Positions 1 to 9,655 of a stretch of 64,000 nt of DNA are shown in pieces. Below the pieces are notes generated by a model, which was given only the letters and a program-made list of their open reading frames with translations, did not search any database and was not told the origin of the DNA. Source of the DNA: Bdellovibrionota bacterium (GTDB taxonomy: Bacteria > Bdellovibrionota > UBA1018 > CAIPTA01 > JAALKR01); the NCBI GenBank assembly GCA_965207455.1, contig CBDBMJ010000001.1, forward strand, positions 384,001 through 448,000, written 5' to 3'. The translations under genes were made by a program, and so were the position numbers. Position 1 is the first letter of the stretch; every line of letters begins with the position of its first letter.

Positions 1-217
1 GGGTATGAAATTATCCAAAGAAGATTTTTCTTTGGAAAAAAAAGAAGGGCGTTATTGGATTGGCAATGAATTAAATCTAAGTGAGTCTGACTTTTTAAAG
101 TTAATTTTTGGTCCAGAATTGCCATCAACATACTTTCAGTGTGAAAAGGAACTGCAGAATTACCTGGATGCTCTCTTTCCTCTACGCCTATGGTGGTGGG
201 GTTTAGATTCTGTATAA
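1..217 (+). CDS. C-terminal part of a gene entering the window, possibly a GNAT-family acetyltransferase
   Basis: Open frame ending ...LIFGP...LFPLRLWWWGLDSV, a tail I recall from GNAT proteins in this lineage. N-terminus probably outside the window. Confidence 0.4.
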   Translation, partial: GMKLSKEDFSLEKKEGRYWIGNELNLSESDFLKLIFGPELPSTYFQCEKELQNYLDALFPLRLWWWGLDSV

Positions 218-2214
218 GCAACGGGTTCCAGTTCAATTTTCAGTAGATGGATACTTACTCGAGCTATTTGTACTTCTATCCGGTCGCCTAGGATGATTTT
301 TTTTCCAGACCGTAGTTTTCTAAAAAACATATATTTTTCGTTATACACATAGTCTGCTCCCATTCTATTAATATCTACGAATCCTTCAATTAGGAGAGTG
401 TCTAGTTCCACAAAAGCCCCTTTTCTATTAAAACTCATGATGGTGCCAGTAAATGTATGTCCCAGGTATTTGCTAGCATAGCGAGCTTGTTTTAGTTGTA
501 TCATTTGTCTTTCTGCTTCGATGGCAGCTCGGTCCCTTTCGGAGCAATTTTGAGCAATCGTGGAAAGGTATTTTGGAGAAAATAATTTTTTAGCCTTAGG
601 TAGTGATTGGAATGTAGCTTTGAGGGAGCGGTGAACAGTAAGATCCGCATACCTGCGTATGGGGCTAGTAAAGTGGGTGTAAAAATCAGAGGCAAGAGCA
701 AAATGCTTCAAGTTATTTTTGCTATAAATAGCTTGTTTTAAGCTCCTTAGCAGGAGTATGTTTAATACTTTTTTAGATGGATGATTGTCTATTGCTTTCA
801 AGAAATGTTGATAGGAGGTTTGAATGCCAGAATTTTTTTGATTTTTTACAGGTATACCTAAGGATTGGGCAATGGTTAGAAATGTTTCTGTGGAGTTACT
901 TTCGGGTGGCTCATGAACACGGAAAATAATTGGAACTCTTTTTTCCGATAGAGATTTAGCAGTGGCTTCATTAGCTGCTATCATGCATTCCTCTATTAGT
1001 CTGTGGGAATTTAGTCTTTGAATTTTCTCTACTCCAAGTGGCTTTCCTTCAGGACTTACTTTGATAGCGGACTCCTGTATATCCAGATCTATATTTCCTC
1101 TTTGATTTCTATTTTTTAATAAAGATTCATATATGGCGAATAAGGATTTCAGGCTTTCTTTTATGGGAGAATCAAAGTCTTTCTTCTTTTCAAAGAAATC
1201 TTCCACTTCGCGATAAGTGCAGCGTTTTTGGCTTTGGATAACAGCATTATAAAAGTTAGATTTCTCTACCTCTCCTTTTTTATTAAATTGTATTTCACAA
1301 ACCACAGCTAGTCGGTCCACATTTGGTTTTAGAGAGCAGATTCCATTGGAGAGTTTTTCAGGCAACATGGGCACAGCCATGTGAGGAAAATAAACGCTTG
1401 TTCCTCGAAGGAAAGCTTCTTTATCTATGGGTGAATTGGGTATTACATAATGGGATACATCGGCAATAGCAACCCAAAGGGTATGACCGCCGGATTTTAA
1501 TTTTTCAGCACATACGGCATCGTCGAAATCTTTAGCTGTGGGACCATCTATGGTGATAAATGCCATGTCTCTTAGATCTTTCCGGTCTTTATATTCTTCT
1601 TTTTTTACATGGGAAGGAATTCGCTTTTCTTGATCTACACACGCTTTAGGAAACACAGTATTTAAATTATGCTTAGAAGTGATATATAGATCATCTGTGG
1701 TGAAATCCATGGATTCGCCTAGGATGGAAACAATCTCTCCTTTAGGAAGCTCATATAAATTCTTGCCATAGACGATTTTCACTAGAATAGCATTTCCTGG
1801 CTTTAAATTTTTCATGGATGTTTGCTTTTCGTGTAGTTTGAGAGGAATCATAAGGTCCATGCCCTTACCTTGAACCTCTATCATGGGTTTTTTCCGGTCT
1901 AAAACAAAAGTACCAACCACGGTTTTTAAATTGTGTTTGATAATACGAATTAGTTCACCACTATATTTTTTTGTTGAGCGGTGAGAAGTGGAGACTCGAA
2001 CCTCCACGATATCTCCAGTTATTAAGGGAGCAGCCTCGTCAGCACCTAGGAAAATATCTTCATTAAACCCTTTAACGGGTGGTTGGATAGCTATGAAGGC
2101 AAAACCTTTAGAGTTTTTAATAACCCGACCACAGACAATAGTATTACTCGGATTTTTTTTTGAAAAGTTTCGTTTTCGAGATTTTTTTGCGAAAGATTTT
2201 TTTTTTCTTTTCAT
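160..2214 (-). CDS. rnr: Ribonuclease R (RNB family 3'-5' exoribonuclease)
   Basis: ITIDGPTAKDFDDAV catalytic motif, HFTSPIRRYADL, N-terminal OB/cold-shock (KGFAFI) and C-terminal S1 domain. Start chosen at MKRKKK (2214); ORF is open to 2313. Confidence 0.92.
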   Translation of the reverse strand: MKRKKKSFAKKSRKRNFSKKNPSNTIVCGRVIKNSKGFAFIAIQPPVKGFNEDIFLGADEAAPLITGDIVEVRVSTSHRSTKKYSGELIRIIKHNLKTVVGTFVLDRKKPMIEVQGKGMDLMIPLKLHEKQTSMKNLKPGNAILVKIVYGKNLYELPKGEIVSILGESMDFTTDDLYITSKHNLNTVFPKACVDQEKRIPSHVKKEEYKDRKDLRDMAFITIDGPTAKDFDDAVCAEKLKSGGHTLWVAIADVSHYVIPNSPIDKEAFLRGTSVYFPHMAVPMLPEKLSNGICSLKPNVDRLAVVCEIQFNKKGEVEKSNFYNAVIQSQKRCTYREVEDFFEKKKDFDSPIKESLKSLFAIYESLLKNRNQRGNIDLDIQESAIKVSPEGKPLGVEKIQRLNSHRLIEECMIAANEATAKSLSEKRVPIIFRVHEPPESNSTETFLTIAQSLGIPVKNQKNSGIQTSYQHFLKAIDNHPSKKVLNILLLRSLKQAIYSKNNLKHFALASDFYTHFTSPIRRYADLTVHRSLKATFQSLPKAKKLFSPKYLSTIAQNCSERDRAAIEAERQMIQLKQARYASKYLGHTFTGTIMSFNRKGAFVELDTLLIEGFVDINRMGADYVYNEKYMFFRKLRSGKKIILGDRIEVQIARVSIHLLKIELEPVAYTESKPHHHRRRGKRASR

Positions 2215-2379
2215 GACTTTTGTTTTTATAAAAACGATTCTCAAAGATTCTGAATATACCTTTATAATAGCATAGATAAGGCTAATCGAGAGAAAATACC
2301 TGTTCAAAGGCATAGCTAAGTTTCATTCATATTTTTTTATACTGATTATCGTGTAGGTAATGATGTATTTTTTATACCG

Positions 2380-2409
2380 TTGACTTTTTGATGCGGTATG
2401 GAATAAAAT
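2380..2409 (+). promoter_or_regulatory. Putative sigma70 promoter of first subtilase
   Basis: TTGACT-N18-TAAAAT; a matching TTGACT-N18-TATTAT lies upstream of the paralog (4346-4375). Confidence 0.4.
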
Positions 2410-2465
2410 AATATTTGTAATTATAAAAATAACAATAACACAGTGACAACTTGGAGGTTGCTATA

Positions 2466-4172
2466 ATGAAAAAATATATTTCTATCGTAATGATGATTAG
2501 CATTGGGATTTTATTAGGCAATATTGCCCAAACAAACACAAACAAATATATACAAATGTTAGACACTAAAGATCGTGTGCTAGGGGAAGCTATAGTAAAG
2601 TTTCGTCGAACAGAAGCACAGGTGGTGCAGATGGAAAATACATTGCTCTCTATGAATGTTTCTTCTTTTGAAATGTTTGCAACAGATAGTCGGTTTTTTA
2701 AAATTAAATTGGCTGATGATAAGGATATGGTTCGTTTTTTACAAGAAGCCAATAGAAATCCAAAAATATTGTACGCAGAACCTAACTATATCTATAAAGC
2801 AATCGCTAGTGAGGATTCAGGAACTATTCCTAAAGATACGGATTTTCAGAAACAGTGGGCTTTACACAATACAGGTCAAGAAGATTCTGGAGGACAAGTG
2901 GGAGTGGTTGGTGCAGATATAAATGCATTAAAAGCTTGGGAAGTAACCAAAGGTTCTAAAGATATAATAGTGGCAGTAATCGATACGGGTGTGGACTATA
3001 CTCACACAGAACTTACTAAGAACATATACCGTAATCCTGGAGAGAGTGGAGATGGCAAAGAAACCAATGGCATTGATGATGATGCTAATGGTTTTATCGA
3101 TGATCACGTGGGATGGAATTTTAGTGCTTCTAATAATGATCCCATAGATCAAGATGGTCATGGCACTCATTGCTCTGGAGTAATAGGTGCAGAAGGTAAT
3201 AATGACAAAGGTATAGTTGGTATTTCATGGAATGTGAGTATTTTACCCATTAAGTTTCTTGGGGTAGGAGGAGGAACAGCTGCACATGCTGTTCAATCTA
3301 TACAGTATGCTACAAAAATGGGTGCTCATATTATGAGTAATTCTTGGGGTGGAGGCTTTTTCTCTCAAGCAATCAAGGATGCTATTGGAGAAGCTGAGGA
3401 AGCAGGTATTTTATTTGTGGCAGCGGCTGGAAATTCCGGCAATGATAGCGATGCGCGCCCCCACTATCCGTCCAGTTATCCAGAAAAAAACATCATATCC
3501 GTAGCAGCAACAAATAACTCCGACGACTTAAGTTATTTTAGTACCTGGGGTAAGGAGTCTGTGGATATTGCAGCACCTGGGTCGAATATCTATAGCACAG
3601 TTATAAAGGAGAAGTATGCTAGCTTCAGTGGAACCTCCATGGCCACTCCTCATGTGGCAGGGGCTGCAGCCTTGTTATGGAGTATGGATAAAGAAATGAG
3701 TGCGGCAGAAATAAAAGATCGACTACTTCGTTCCAGGGATCCGAGCTTTGCCCTATACCGCAAGTTAGGCTTTAGTGGACGATTAAATGTCAACAATGCA
3801 GTTCGCGGTATTTTTCCTCCTAGGATTCAAATTCCAGAAGAAAATGAATGGATAGATGGAGAACTTGTTGAGCCTGTTGAATCTGCTCATCCGTATACAG
3901 ACCGTTTTTCCCAAAAATGGGTGATCCGTGGTCCAGAGAATGCGAAATTTATGCGAGTTCATTTCTCTCGACTGGAATTGGAAGATAAATATGATTTTGT
4001 ATACATTCTTGATAGTAAAGGTAGGCGCATGGATACTATTACTAGCACTTCTCCAGATGGAGCAAATTCATGGCTTGTATCGGGAAATGAATTGACGGTA
4101 GAGTTTAAAACAGATTTTTCCCAAGTGAAATGGGGCTTTGCTGTTGATAAATTTCAGTACGTCACAGAATAA
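2466..4172 (+). CDS. Secreted S8 subtilase with C-terminal CUB-like domain (copy 1)
   Basis: Signal peptide; triad VIDTG / HGTH / GTSMATPH; C-terminal ESAHPY...RVHFSRLELE..YDFV; GGAGG RBS before ATG 2466. Confidence 0.92.
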   Translation: MKKYISIVMMISIGILLGNIAQTNTNKYIQMLDTKDRVLGEAIVKFRRTEAQVVQMENTLLSMNVSSFEMFATDSRFFKIKLADDKDMVRFLQEANRNPKILYAEPNYIYKAIASEDSGTIPKDTDFQKQWALHNTGQEDSGGQVGVVGADINALKAWEVTKGSKDIIVAVIDTGVDYTHTELTKNIYRNPGESGDGKETNGIDDDANGFIDDHVGWNFSASNNDPIDQDGHGTHCSGVIGAEGNNDKGIVGISWNVSILPIKFLGVGGGTAAHAVQSIQYATKMGAHIMSNSWGGGFFSQAIKDAIGEAEEAGILFVAAAGNSGNDSDARPHYPSSYPEKNIISVAATNNSDDLSYFSTWGKESVDIAAPGSNIYSTVIKEKYASFSGTSMATPHVAGAAALLWSMDKEMSAAEIKDRLLRSRDPSFALYRKLGFSGRLNVNNAVRGIFPPRIQIPEENEWIDGELVEPVESAHPYTDRFSQKWVIRGPENAKFMRVHFSRLELEDKYDFVYILDSKGRRMDTITSTSPDGANSWLVSGNELTVEFKTDFSQVKWGFAVDKFQYVTE

Positions 4173-4212
4173 CGTAGCCAGCAGTACAGAACAGTAGAAA
4201 GTAGAATTTTAG

Positions 4213-4256
4213 AATCACTCTCATGGGGGACGGAACTCCTTGAGAGTGATTTTTTT
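4213..4256 (+). terminator. Rho-independent terminator
   Basis: AATCACTCTCA...TGAGAGTGATT stem followed by a T run. Confidence 0.75.
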
Positions 4257-4398
4257 ATTTTATTCCTTTATTTATAAATTTAATATAAATTGCTGAAGAG
4301 ATTAGCTGTTAAAAGGTAACGAGAAGCTATGCATTTCTTACACAGTTGACTTTTGTTTCCACTATAGAATATTATTTTATTAACAGTGGAGGATTAAC

Positions 4399-6114
4399 AT
4401 GAAAAAATATATTTCTATCGTAATGATGGTTAGCATTGGGATTTTATTAGGCAATATTGCCCAAACAAATACAAATAAATATACACAAATGTTGGATACT
4501 AAAGATCGTGTATTGGGGGAAGCTATAGTAAAGTTTCATCGAACAGAAGCAGGGGTGGTGCAGATGGAAAGTACGCTGCTTTCCATGAATGTCTTTTCCT
4601 CTACAGTGTTTGCAACAGATAGTCGATTTTTCAAAGTTAAATTGGCTGATGATAAAGATATGGTTCGTTTTTTAAAAGAGGCCAACAGAAATCCAGAAAT
4701 ATCGTATGCGGAACCTAATTATATCTACAGAGCAGTTGGCTATAAGGATTCAGAAATTCTTCCCAACGACACGGATTTTCAAAAGCAATGGGCTTTACAC
4801 AATACCGGTCAAAAAGATCCAAGAGGACTGGTGGGAGTGGCTGGTGCAGATATAAATGCATTAAAAGCCTGGGAAATAACGAAAGGTTCTAAAGATATAA
4901 TAGTAGCCGTAATCGATACGGGCGTGGACTATAATCATACAGATCTTGCTGCTAACATATATCATAATCCTGGAGAGAGTGGAGACGGCAAGGAAGCTAA
5001 TGGTATTGATGATGATGGCAATGGTTTCATCGATGATCATATGGGTTGGAATTTTTATATCTCTAATAATGATCCCATGGATCATATCGGTCATGGTACT
5101 CACTGTTCTGGAATAATAGGTGCAGAAGGCGATAACGACAAAGGCATCGTAGGTGTTTCATGGAACGTTAGCATTTTACCCATTAAATTTCTTGGCGGAA
5201 GAGGATCAGGAACAACTGAGGGTGCTATTCAAGCCATACAGTACGCCATAAAAATGGGTGCCCATATTATGAGTAACTCTTGGGGAGGAAGCAATTTTTC
5301 TCAAGGAATCAAGGACGCTATTGGGGAAGCCAAGGAAGCGGGTATTTTATTTGTGGCATCCGCTGGAAATAATGCTGAGGATAGCGATGCGTATCCTCAC
5401 TATCCATCCGGTTATTCAGAGGAAAATATCATATCCGTAGCAGCAACAGATAATTCCGATAATTTAAGTTCTTTTAGTACCTGGGGTAAGGAATCTGTGG
5501 ATATTGCAGCACCTGGAACAAATATCTATAGCACGATGAGAGATGGGTATGCTAGCCACAGTGGGACCTCCATGGCTGTTCCTCACGTGGCAGGAGCAGC
5601 AGCCTTGTTATGGAGTGTGAATAAGAAAATGACTGCAATGGAGATAAAAGATCGATTGCTTCGTTCCAGGGATCCCTACCTAAATCTATATCGTAAGTTA
5701 AGCGTTGGTGGTCGATTAAATGTTAATAATGCAATTCGCAGTATTTTCCCTCCCCAAGTTCAAATTCCAAAAGAAAATGAATGGATAGATGGAGAGCTTA
5801 TAGAAACCATTGAATCTTCCCATCCGTATGAAAACAATTTTTCTCAAAAATGGGTGATTCGTGGTCCAGAAAATGCAAAGTTTATGCGGGTTCATTTCTC
5901 TCGACTGGATTTGGAAGAGGCCTATGATTTTGTACACATTACTGGTAGTAATGGAAAGCGTATGGATAGTGTTTCCGGCCTATCTCCAGATGGACTGAAC
6001 TCATGGCTTGTGTTGGGAAATGAAATAACCATAGAGTTTAAAGCAGATTTGAACAAAACAGGATGGGGCTTTGCTATTGATAAATTTCAGTACGCTAGAG
6101 AGCATAGCCAATAG
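4399..6114 (+). CDS. Secreted S8 subtilase with C-terminal CUB-like domain (copy 2, tandem paralog)
   Basis: Same architecture, near-identical N-terminus; triad VIDTG / HGTH / GTSMAVPH. Confidence 0.92.
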   Translation: MKKYISIVMMVSIGILLGNIAQTNTNKYTQMLDTKDRVLGEAIVKFHRTEAGVVQMESTLLSMNVFSSTVFATDSRFFKVKLADDKDMVRFLKEANRNPEISYAEPNYIYRAVGYKDSEILPNDTDFQKQWALHNTGQKDPRGLVGVAGADINALKAWEITKGSKDIIVAVIDTGVDYNHTDLAANIYHNPGESGDGKEANGIDDDGNGFIDDHMGWNFYISNNDPMDHIGHGTHCSGIIGAEGDNDKGIVGVSWNVSILPIKFLGGRGSGTTEGAIQAIQYAIKMGAHIMSNSWGGSNFSQGIKDAIGEAKEAGILFVASAGNNAEDSDAYPHYPSGYSEENIISVAATDNSDNLSSFSTWGKESVDIAAPGTNIYSTMRDGYASHSGTSMAVPHVAGAAALLWSVNKKMTAMEIKDRLLRSRDPYLNLYRKLSVGGRLNVNNAIRSIFPPQVQIPKENEWIDGELIETIESSHPYENNFSQKWVIRGPENAKFMRVHFSRLDLEEAYDFVHITGSNGKRMDSVSGLSPDGLNSWLVLGNEITIEFKADLNKTGWGFAIDKFQYAREHSQ

Positions 6115-6133
6115 AAAGAATCTTTAGATCTCT

Positions 6134-6385
6134 TTATTTTGACTTTTTTTTGTTGAAGGATCGTTTTACAGAGTTTTCTGGAAAATAGTCTTTATGGGTG
6201 GCAATAAATCGCCTAAGGGCTGTGTTGACAATTTCATTTTTGCTCATAGAGGCATGTTCCGACATAATGGTTAGGCAGTCGCATACGAATTTTTCCACCT
6301 TCACTTCCACAGTGGTATTAAGATTAAGTTGCTGACCTGGAACTCTCATTCCTTCCCAATACCCCATTATTTTGAATTTTTCCAT
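6134..6385 (-). CDS. Small hypothetical protein, possibly ribbon-helix-helix DNA-binding
   Basis: 83 aa; strand-helix-helix pattern TTVEVKV...SKNEIVNTALRRFI. Confidence 0.5.
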   Translation of the reverse strand: MEKFKIMGYWEGMRVPGQQLNLNTTVEVKVEKFVCDCLTIMSEHASMSKNEIVNTALRRFIATHKDYFPENSVKRSFNKKKSK

Positions 6386-6427
6386 AGAAAATGGCTTGGT
6401 CGGAAAGATGACTCAGTGAATTACCGC

Positions 6428-6976
6428 TTAGTTTTCGTTGGAAGAGTCCACAATCTTTATAACCACGGACTCAATCTGTTGCCATTTCTCTGGACTACCC
6501 GTTAGTTTCAGCTCTATGAGTACACTCTTCTCAATAATACTCATTCTCACTTTAGCCTTCATTTCTGCTCCAACAAGCAATCCCAGTCGATCCTCTCGTT
6601 TGTCGGACTTTTGAGTTACATGTACAGAGACCTTAATATGATCAGGGGCTTTTTCCTGTAGCTCTTGGAGAGCCTCTTCCGATAGTTCGTCTTGGCTCAG
6701 GAAAATGATGAGGCTTTCCTTCTCTTGGTTTTTCAATGGTTGGAGATCTTCGCCGCTGATGTATATGCTGTGAATTACAGGAGAGTCCGTATTTCTTGCT
6801 TGAGGGCCCTCTATAATTAGACTGCTCTCTAGGGGCTGGAGTTCACTTATTAATAGCTCCTCTGGTAGGGATGAGTTGTTCACAAGGGTGCTGGAGGATA
6901 GGGGAGAGCACTGAGTGAAGGCGGTGAAGGCACTGAGGAAGAGTAGTATGGGACTTATGGTTTTTTGTATATTCAT
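6428..6976 (-). CDS. Hypothetical lipoprotein
   Basis: Hydrophobic signal ending AFTQC-S; no family recognised. Confidence 0.6.
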   Translation of the reverse strand: MNIQKTISPILLFLSAFTAFTQCSPLSSSTLVNNSSLPEELLISELQPLESSLIIEGPQARNTDSPVIHSIYISGEDLQPLKNQEKESLIIFLSQDELSEEALQELQEKAPDHIKVSVHVTQKSDKREDRLGLLVGAEMKAKVRMSIIEKSVLIELKLTGSPEKWQQIESVVIKIVDSSNEN

Positions 6977-6988
6977 ACCAATAGATAA

Positions 6989-7004
6989 AGCAAGAATGAT
7001 GCCA
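6989..7004 (-). promoter_or_regulatory. Putative sigma54 (-24/-12) promoter
   Basis: Minus strand TGGCATCATTCTTGCT = GG-N10-GC consensus, just upstream of ATG 6976. Confidence 0.55.
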
Positions 7005-7141
7005 ACAGTACACGGTATGGAATCCTTGAAAAATAAGGGTTTTTTTGTTTTTTGACACTATTATTTTGTCTATTTTTTCGTCACTTGAACAAAGAATTTG
7101 CACATATATGTGGTAGGCTGGTGGGGAAAAAGGAGTCTTGT

Positions 7142-8884
7142 ATGGAAACCTACCTATCCTTGCCCACGTACTTGCGTAGTTACTGTGTGGAGCAGGATTA
7201 TAATGCCTATACGGCAAGGGATCAGGCTGCATGGAGATATATCATGCGCCAAAATCGGAGTTTTTTCGACTCCCACGCATTGCCTATTTATATAAAGGGC
7301 CTAGCTGAGACGGGTATTTCCATTGACCGTATTCCTCGAATTTCTGAGATGGACAAGGCTTTACGAAAATTTGGTTGGGGAGCAGTGTCTGTTTCGGGTT
7401 TTATTCCTCCAGCGGCCTTTTTAGAGTTTCAGGCTCGCGGAGTTTTAGCCATTGCTTGCGACATGCGTACCATTGAAAATATTTTGTATACTCCTGCTCC
7501 GGATATTGTCCACGAGGCTGCTGGCCATGCCCCTATTATTGCGGATCCGTCCTATGCAAATTATTTAAAGCTCTATGCGAAGATGGCCCATCGAGCGATT
7601 TTTTCTTCTGAGGATATCGACGTATATGAGTCCATTCGTTACCTGTCGGACATTAAAGAAAACCCGGACACCACAGCCGCTCAAGTTAAGAAAGCAGAGG
7701 AGCGGTTTCAGGAAATGTCCCGGGCAGTAACCCATGTATCCGAGGCTTCCGAGGTTTCTCGTATGGCTTGGTGGACGGTGGAGTATGGTTTATTGGGTTC
7801 CATGGAAAAGCCGCTTATCTATGGAGCGGGTCTTTTATCTTCGGTGGGAGAGAGTCACGACTATTTGTCGGACAGGGTAAAGAAAATTCCTTTAAGCGTG
7901 GATTGTGTCAATGTATCCTATGATATTACCCGGCCTCAGCCCCAACTGTTTGTGGCAAAAGATATGGAAAACCTCACGAATGTATTGAAGGAATATGAAA
8001 AGACAATGGCATTTTGTACAGGGGGAAAAGAGGGTTTGGAGAAAGCGTTGCGAGCGAAATCCGTTATTACCATAGAGTTGGATTCCCGTTTGCAGATGAG
8101 TGGAACATTAGATTTTTATGAATTCAGCGACACCATAGACTTTATTAAGTTGGAGGGGCCGGTGCAATTAGCAGCTGAAGGTAGGCAGTTATTGGGGCAT
8201 GGAAGAGAACGTCACCCAAAGGGGTTTAGTTCCCCCATTGGTCTGTGGGAGAACTTTGAGGGTTTGCCTAGGGAGGCTAGTGACGAGGATTTGTGGCGTT
8301 TAGGGATTCGACATGGACAGGAGGCTACCCTTGTTTTTTCCAGTGGTTTTACGGTCACAGGCACTGTTGGGGGCTGGTACCGCAGGCAGGGAAAGCTCAC
8401 TTATATTACTTGGCGAAACTGCACTGTACGTTGTGGGGAGAAGGTATATTTTGAACCCAGTTGGGGAGACTTTGATATGGCTGTTGGCTGTAGTGTGGTT
8501 TCTGTTTTTGGTGGACCCGCTTCTTTTGAGGAGTATGGTTCCTATAACGTGGGTAGTGCTTCCACTACGCCTGGTAGAGTGAGTGCGTATAGTGAGCAGG
8601 AGGTTCGCACTTTTGACTTATACCGTAAGATCCAGGACTTTCGGTATAACGGTGTTTCCTCTCAGGAGTTGGAGGATTTTTTTCCATCCATACAGAAGCA
8701 TTGTAATGGGGAGTGGTTGCTTATTTTGGAGGTTATGGAGTTAGCGTTCCAGAAGGCTCATTTGGATCGTAAGGACACGCCATGGTTACAGTCTTTATAC
8801 GCAATGATTATGGATAGCAAAGGTAAGGGAAGTGCCCAAAAATTATTTCAAGAAGGTTTGCGTCTTGTGAATGTGGTTGATTAG
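7142..8884 (+). CDS. phhA: Aromatic amino acid hydroxylase (long-form phenylalanine 4-hydroxylase)
   Basis: YTPAPDIVHEAAGHAP iron-binding motif, WWTVEYGL, IYGAGLLSS, YDITRPQPQLFV; AAGGAG RBS before ATG 7142. Confidence 0.88.
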   Translation: METYLSLPTYLRSYCVEQDYNAYTARDQAAWRYIMRQNRSFFDSHALPIYIKGLAETGISIDRIPRISEMDKALRKFGWGAVSVSGFIPPAAFLEFQARGVLAIACDMRTIENILYTPAPDIVHEAAGHAPIIADPSYANYLKLYAKMAHRAIFSSEDIDVYESIRYLSDIKENPDTTAAQVKKAEERFQEMSRAVTHVSEASEVSRMAWWTVEYGLLGSMEKPLIYGAGLLSSVGESHDYLSDRVKKIPLSVDCVNVSYDITRPQPQLFVAKDMENLTNVLKEYEKTMAFCTGGKEGLEKALRAKSVITIELDSRLQMSGTLDFYEFSDTIDFIKLEGPVQLAAEGRQLLGHGRERHPKGFSSPIGLWENFEGLPREASDEDLWRLGIRHGQEATLVFSSGFTVTGTVGGWYRRQGKLTYITWRNCTVRCGEKVYFEPSWGDFDMAVGCSVVSVFGGPASFEEYGSYNVGSASTTPGRVSAYSEQEVRTFDLYRKIQDFRYNGVSSQELEDFFPSIQKHCNGEWLLILEVMELAFQKAHLDRKDTPWLQSLYAMIMDSKGKGSAQKLFQEGLRLVNVVD

Positions 8885-9027
8885 ATGACTCATTGCGCGT
8901 TGTGTTGTAACGCTTCCTTTTGTTTCTACATTAAAAATTAAGCTCTTGAAACAGAGTAATAGAAGTGGGATAGTTTCGATTGCAACTTAAATTTATAACG
9001 AATGAAAAATAAAGAGAGGAGTACATT

Positions 9028-9639
9028 ATGAGATTAATACCAGCATTATTGATATGTTTACTTACACTTTCAGGGTGTTCGAGTTTTCAGGCTAAGCGAG
9101 TAAGTGATTCTGAGGTGGACAAGGAGGCTTTAGCCATTACGGGTGAGTGGGTGGATGGAGATACCATTCGAGTTATTCAGAAAACCATTAAAAAAATAGA
9201 CAAGCACCGCAGGTTTGGTCGATTTTTGAAAGCTCGGAACAATAAGCCTCTTAGGCTTTTTGTGGGAGAAATTAAGAATAACACCTCTGAGGCGTATTTT
9301 CCTGTGGGAGATATGGAGGAGGCTCTCTTAGAGCAGTTGTCGGACACGGAAACCTTTATCTTAATCGATGCTAAACAGCGGACTGCTTTGCTCAAAGAGT
9401 TGACGTACCAAAATAGTGGAGCAGTGAGTGCCAGAACAGCAAAAAAGATTGGTCGTCAGAGTGGAGCTGATGCGCTTCTATTTGGTACTGTAAATATGCG
9501 TCCTTTTCAGCGAGATGGACAAGCCATTAAGACCTATACAATCAATTTCCGTCTCACAGATTTATCGACGGGAGAGGAATTGCTTCGTACGAGGTCGAAA
9601 ATAAATAAATTTATCGATCAGTCTGCTAGCGGTTGGTGA
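9028..9639 (+). CDS. LpoB-like / CsgG-fold lipoprotein
   Basis: Lipobox LSGC; IKNNTSE, ELTYQNSG, KKIGRQSGAD, FRLTDLSTGE motifs. Confidence 0.75.
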   Translation: MRLIPALLICLLTLSGCSSFQAKRVSDSEVDKEALAITGEWVDGDTIRVIQKTIKKIDKHRRFGRFLKARNNKPLRLFVGEIKNNTSEAYFPVGDMEEALLEQLSDTETFILIDAKQRTALLKELTYQNSGAVSARTAKKIGRQSGADALLFGTVNMRPFQRDGQAIKTYTINFRLTDLSTGEELLRTRSKINKFIDQSASGW

Positions 9640-9655
9640 GCAAAAAAAACAGATA

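Noticed and set aside
160..217. 58-bp convergent overlap between rnr and the first ORF
   Set aside because: Real, but likely just a read-through tail of rnr; no evidence of function.
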